A DNA stretch of 10,020 bases from Candidatus Heimdallarchaeota archaeon (GTDB lineage: Archaea; Asgardarchaeota; Heimdallarchaeia; Hodarchaeales; Hodarchaeaceae): contig DXJL01000204.1 of the NCBI GenBank assembly GCA_019057635.1, positions 1 through 10,020 of the forward strand. The letters are read 5' to 3'. Below the pieces are notes generated by a model. The model was not told the origin of the DNA. It saw only the letters and a list, made by a program, of their open reading frames with translations, and did no database searches. Of this stretch, positions 7,008 through 10,020 are shown in pieces (the first letter of the stretch is position 1; the number at the start of each line of letters is the position of its first letter). The translations under genes and the position numbers were made by a program.

Positions 7008-8570
7008 TCACCTTACGAATTGCTCTGCGAAAAATTTGGAAGCCTCAGTCATCATATCTAGTAGTAATGCTGGGAATAATCCCAAGAGGAGAGTAAAGAG
7101 ACTTAATAGGCCAAGAACGGAATATTGTGACCAATGGGAGACATCATGGGCATGTGAAAGTTCAGGGTTCTTATCACCGAAAACAGTTCTTTGTAACATC
7201 CAAAGATAATATGCTGCTGTAAAGATAATTCCGAAAATAGCTATAAAAGCAAGAACTGGTGCCCATTCAAAGAGAGCAATGAATACTAATAATTCTGACC
7301 AAAATCCTGCAAGGCCTGGTAAGCCTGCACTTGCAAATGAGGCAAAAACTAACACTGCTGCAGTTATAGGCATATGTTTTGCTATACCACGTAATTTAGG
7401 GATATCTCTGGTGTGCGCTGAATGTCCTATGGTTCCAGCTAAGAAGAACAACAAAGGAGATATGATTCCATGTGCTATTTGCATAAATTGTGCTCCAGCG
7501 AATCCTTCCTCTGTTTGAGCGGCAACCCCGAGAAGAACGATTCCCATATGGCCAACACTACTGTAAGCTACAAGAGATTTCATATCGACCTGTCTTAAAG
7601 CAACCCACGCACCATATAGCAAGGAAACGATTCCTATTACAGCTACTAACCAGGCAAATTCTTTTAATGCGTCGGGTAAGAACCATCCACCCATACGCAT
7701 TAGACCATACCCACCCATTTTCAATAACAGCCCAGCCAATATCATAGACCCAGGAGTAGGAGCTTCTACATGTGCCAAGGGGAGCCAAGTGTGAAAAGGT
7801 ACGCTTGGAACTTTTACGATAAATCCAAACAATAATGCTAGGAATATTAACAAGACAAATGTTCCATTACCAAATTGGAGGGACATTTTTGTAAGCTCCG
7901 CAAATGAGAAAGTTCCCATTCCAGTGGCAGTGTGTCGTGCTGATTCCAACCAAATACCAATGATTCCCAAAAGCATGACCATAGAAGCAACGTGTGTATA
8001 AATAAAGAAGTAAATTGCTGCATATTCCCGTCGTGGTCCACCCCAAATACCTATCAGGAAGAACATTGGTACTAGTACTAACTCCCAGGCAACATAAAAG
8101 ATGACGAAGTCAGTAGCAAGAAAAGTTCCTAGAACACCTGTTTCTAATAGTAAAATCATAGCATAATATGCGGGTTCTCTTTCACGAATATCCTTGAAAG
8201 AAGCGAGTATCGCGATACAAAAGATGAATCCACTTAAGAGAACTAATGGTAAGCTCAACCCATCAATTCCAAGTGAGAAGTTCATCCCTATCGATTCAAT
8301 CCAAGGAATATCTACCACTAACGCCCATTCACCACCAGCTGCATGGCCTTCATGCAGACTTGCAGGTAACAGTGAATGATTTTCATACATCATCCAAGCC
8401 AATATAGCAAGCGCAAACGTGATTACGCTCATTAGCAGTGCAAAATAGCGTGCAAATCCTTCACGTACACGGCCTATAAACCATGTTGGCAGTGCTGCTA
8501 GAATTGGTAGAAGGAAAATAAGAGTTAACACTCCGATTCCGTTTTCTCCAAATAATATTTGTGTTATCAT
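7008..8570 (-). CDS. nuoM: Complex I-like antiporter subunit M
   Basis: LGIDGLSLPL, FYVAWELVLVPMFFLIGIWG, VKVPSVPFHTWLPLAHVEAPT, LLKMGGYG, AYSSVGHMG and GLPGLAGFWSE. The likely start is ATG 8570 after GAAGGTTGA; the ORF track uses TTG 8579. Confidence 0.95.
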   Translation of the reverse strand: MITQILFGENGIGVLTLIFLLPILAALPTWFIGRVREGFARYFALLMSVITFALAILAWMMYENHSLLPASLHEGHAAGGEWALVVDIPWIESIGMNFSLGIDGLSLPLVLLSGFIFCIAILASFKDIREREPAYYAMILLLETGVLGTFLATDFVIFYVAWELVLVPMFFLIGIWGGPRREYAAIYFFIYTHVASMVMLLGIIGIWLESARHTATGMGTFSFAELTKMSLQFGNGTFVLLIFLALLFGFIVKVPSVPFHTWLPLAHVEAPTPGSMILAGLLLKMGGYGLMRMGGWFLPDALKEFAWLVAVIGIVSLLYGAWVALRQVDMKSLVAYSSVGHMGIVLLGVAAQTEEGFAGAQFMQIAHGIISPLLFFLAGTIGHSAHTRDIPKLRGIAKHMPITAAVLVFASFASAGLPGLAGFWSELLVFIALFEWAPVLAFIAIFGIIFTAAYYLWMLQRTVFGDKNPELSHAHDVSHWSQYSVLGLLSLFTLLLGLFPALLLDMMTEASKFFAEQFVR

Positions 8571-8590
8571 TGTCTTCAACCTTCAATTTT

Positions 8591-10020
8591 TTAGAGGGGA
8601 AATACCCCTACCATTAGTAAACCGATGATAATAATTGCAATTGCACCCAGTAAGGAGTACAGTGCATAATTTTCCACTACTCCCGTTTGAACATGTCTCA
8701 TATACCCCCCAGTCTTCATAACACCTTTAGCTGAGCCCCTTATTAACCCTTGATCGATGACTCGTTCATCTGTTGCTTTTGCTAAACTACACAATGCAAC
8801 TGAGGCACGACCTGTTAAACGAACCAAACCATCTATAACCGTATCATCCCACCACTTAGAAAAACCACAGAGCGCAAAACCAATTCTTCCAGTGAATCTC
8901 ACTGCTCGATCGAAGATGTTCTTCTCGATCCAGTTCATAGCTTCACAATAGTACTCATAGAATATATGAACAAGTTTCAGATAGAGTGTATCAAAATAAT
9001 ACCCATTCTCTAATATCAGTTGAACTCCCCGACCAGGTGCTGAAGCCTTTACTCCACGTACAAAAGATCGAACTTTCAATTGAATATTTGTAATTCTATC
9101 AGATGGTGCCTCAGGTACATCTATTTTGAAGGAAGGTTCATCTTTTGGGAAAGTGATTTGAGCTTTTGCACGGGGATAGTAAATCAAATACGCCAGAGCT
9201 ATTCCAAGAGTGGTTACAAAAATTGATGTACTACCTGTCTCAAAATCAAAAACTGGCCCTATTCCACCTTCTAACCATTCCACCATATGGTGTTCGATAT
9301 TAAAAAGTGAAAAAAGCTCAATTTTGAACGTACTTCCTATCAGACCAACTGAATATATTCCCGCTAATACCAATGATACAATAGCTAGGATCCATAATGG
9401 TTTAGTCATCCATCCATCAGATTCATGAATATCATGACCAGAACGATTTTCGCCTGGAAAAACTAGGAACCACATTCTAGAAATGTAGAATGCTGTTAAG
9501 AACGCTGTAATTAACGCAGAAAGCCAGACTAGCGCGATTAATGGTTCATGTACTATATGGTTCCTTGCATGTGAAATAATTGCGTCTTTACTAAAGAATC
9601 CATTTCCGAAGCCTGCAAGTGAAAGTGAGCCTATAGCCATAACCTTCCAAGTATCAGGCATATGTGATTTTAAACCACCCATTTCACGAATATCTTGCGT
9701 TCCAGATCCATGAATGACTGAACCTGCAGATAAAAAGAGCAAAGCTTTGAATATCCCGTGATTAATGACATGAAAGATAGCGACCGCCATTCCTCCCACA
9801 CCTAAACCTATGGTCATATATCCGAGTTGGCTGATAGTGGAAAACGCCAAAATACCTTTGATATCTGTCTGAACTAATGCAATAGAACCGGCCATGATTG
9901 CTGTAATTCCACCAATGAGAGCAACAATTAACAAAGCATTTGAATCTGCAAATTCAAAAACGAAGTAACTACGAGCTATCAAAAAGATTCCTGCTTTCAC
10001 CATCGTTGCGCTGTGAATTA
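8591..10020 (-). CDS. nuoL: Complex I-like antiporter subunit L, 5'-partial (continues beyond the window), with an elongated transverse helix
   Basis: The frame is open to the window edge and reads IHSATMVKAG, so the track's Met at 10003 is internal. Also DIKGILAFSTISQLGYM, FHVINHGIFKALLFLSAGSVIH, QDIREMGGL, GFFSKD, YYFDTLY and QTGVVENYA before the last TM helix. Confidence 0.95.
   Translation of the reverse strand, partial: IHSATMVKAGIFLIARSYFVFEFADSNALLIVALIGGITAIMAGSIALVQTDIKGILAFSTISQLGYMTIGLGVGGMAVAIFHVINHGIFKALLFLSAGSVIHGSGTQDIREMGGLKSHMPDTWKVMAIGSLSLAGFGNGFFSKDAIISHARNHIVHEPLIALVWLSALITAFLTAFYISRMWFLVFPGENRSGHDIHESDGWMTKPLWILAIVSLVLAGIYSVGLIGSTFKIELFSLFNIEHHMVEWLEGGIGPVFDFETGSTSIFVTTLGIALAYLIYYPRAKAQITFPKDEPSFKIDVPEAPSDRITNIQLKVRSFVRGVKASAPGRGVQLILENGYYFDTLYLKLVHIFYEYYCEAMNWIEKNIFDRAVRFTGRIGFALCGFSKWWDDTVIDGLVRLTGRASVALCSLAKATDERVIDQGLIRGSAKGVMKTGGYMRHVQTGVVENYALYSLLGAIAIIIIGLLMVGVFPL
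8714..8947 (-). repeat. Three diverged 26-codon (78-nt) tandem units in the NuoL amphipathic helix
   Basis: CEAMNWIEKNIFDRAVRFTGRIGFAL / CGFSKWWDDTVIDGLVRLTGRASVAL / CSLAKATDERVIDQGLIRGSAKGVMK. Cys codons fall at 8947, 8869 and 8791 (exactly 78 nt apart), and Asp recurs with the same period. The repeat is clear in the protein and degenerate in the DNA. Confidence 0.85.

Noticed and set aside
8714-8947. NuoL repeats as an assembly duplication artefact
   Set aside because: The units differ extensively in nucleotide sequence while keeping frame and amphipathic pattern.
5110-9428. Short ORFs overlapping GGR and nuoN/M/L (e.g. 5201..5419, 6070..6261, 7279..7518, 7490..7747, 8757..8951, 9210..9428)
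   Set aside because: They are antisense or off-frame by-products of well-supported genes.
10001-10003. ATG at 10003 as the nuoL start
   Set aside because: It lies within the conserved IHSATMVKAG motif and the frame stays open to the window end.
1-10020. CRISPR array, tRNA/rRNA, IS element or defence system
   Set aside because: By eye I saw no regularly spaced direct repeats, cloverleaf, transposase or nuclease motifs. Intergenic gaps are short and mostly explained.

Overview
AT-rich window that looks archaeal: AGGTGA-type Shine-Dalgarno sites, a TATA box, an archaeal-type Hsp20 and a geranylgeranyl-reductase-family gene. An Asgard/Heimdallarchaeia-like origin is plausible but is inference only. 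The right half (minus strand) is the 3' end of a complex I-like operon, nuoL (5'-truncated by the window)-nuoM-nuoN, followed closely by a GGR-family flavoprotein. On the plus strand are a translationally coupled uppP/bacA-like phosphatase and YdjM-like membrane metal-dependent hydrolase, then a 61-aa Cys/His-rich protein. On the left (minus strand) are hsp20, a hairpin, and a winged-helix gene interrupted by an in-frame TAA. The strongest signal is in NuoL: its C-terminal amphipathic (transverse) helix has three 26-aa repeat units, about 52 aa more than canonical NuoL. By analogy with '2M' complex I this predicts room for two extra proton-pumping subunits, yet only one nuoM lies between nuoL and nuoN. 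I recognised no RNA genes, CRISPR arrays or mobile elements.
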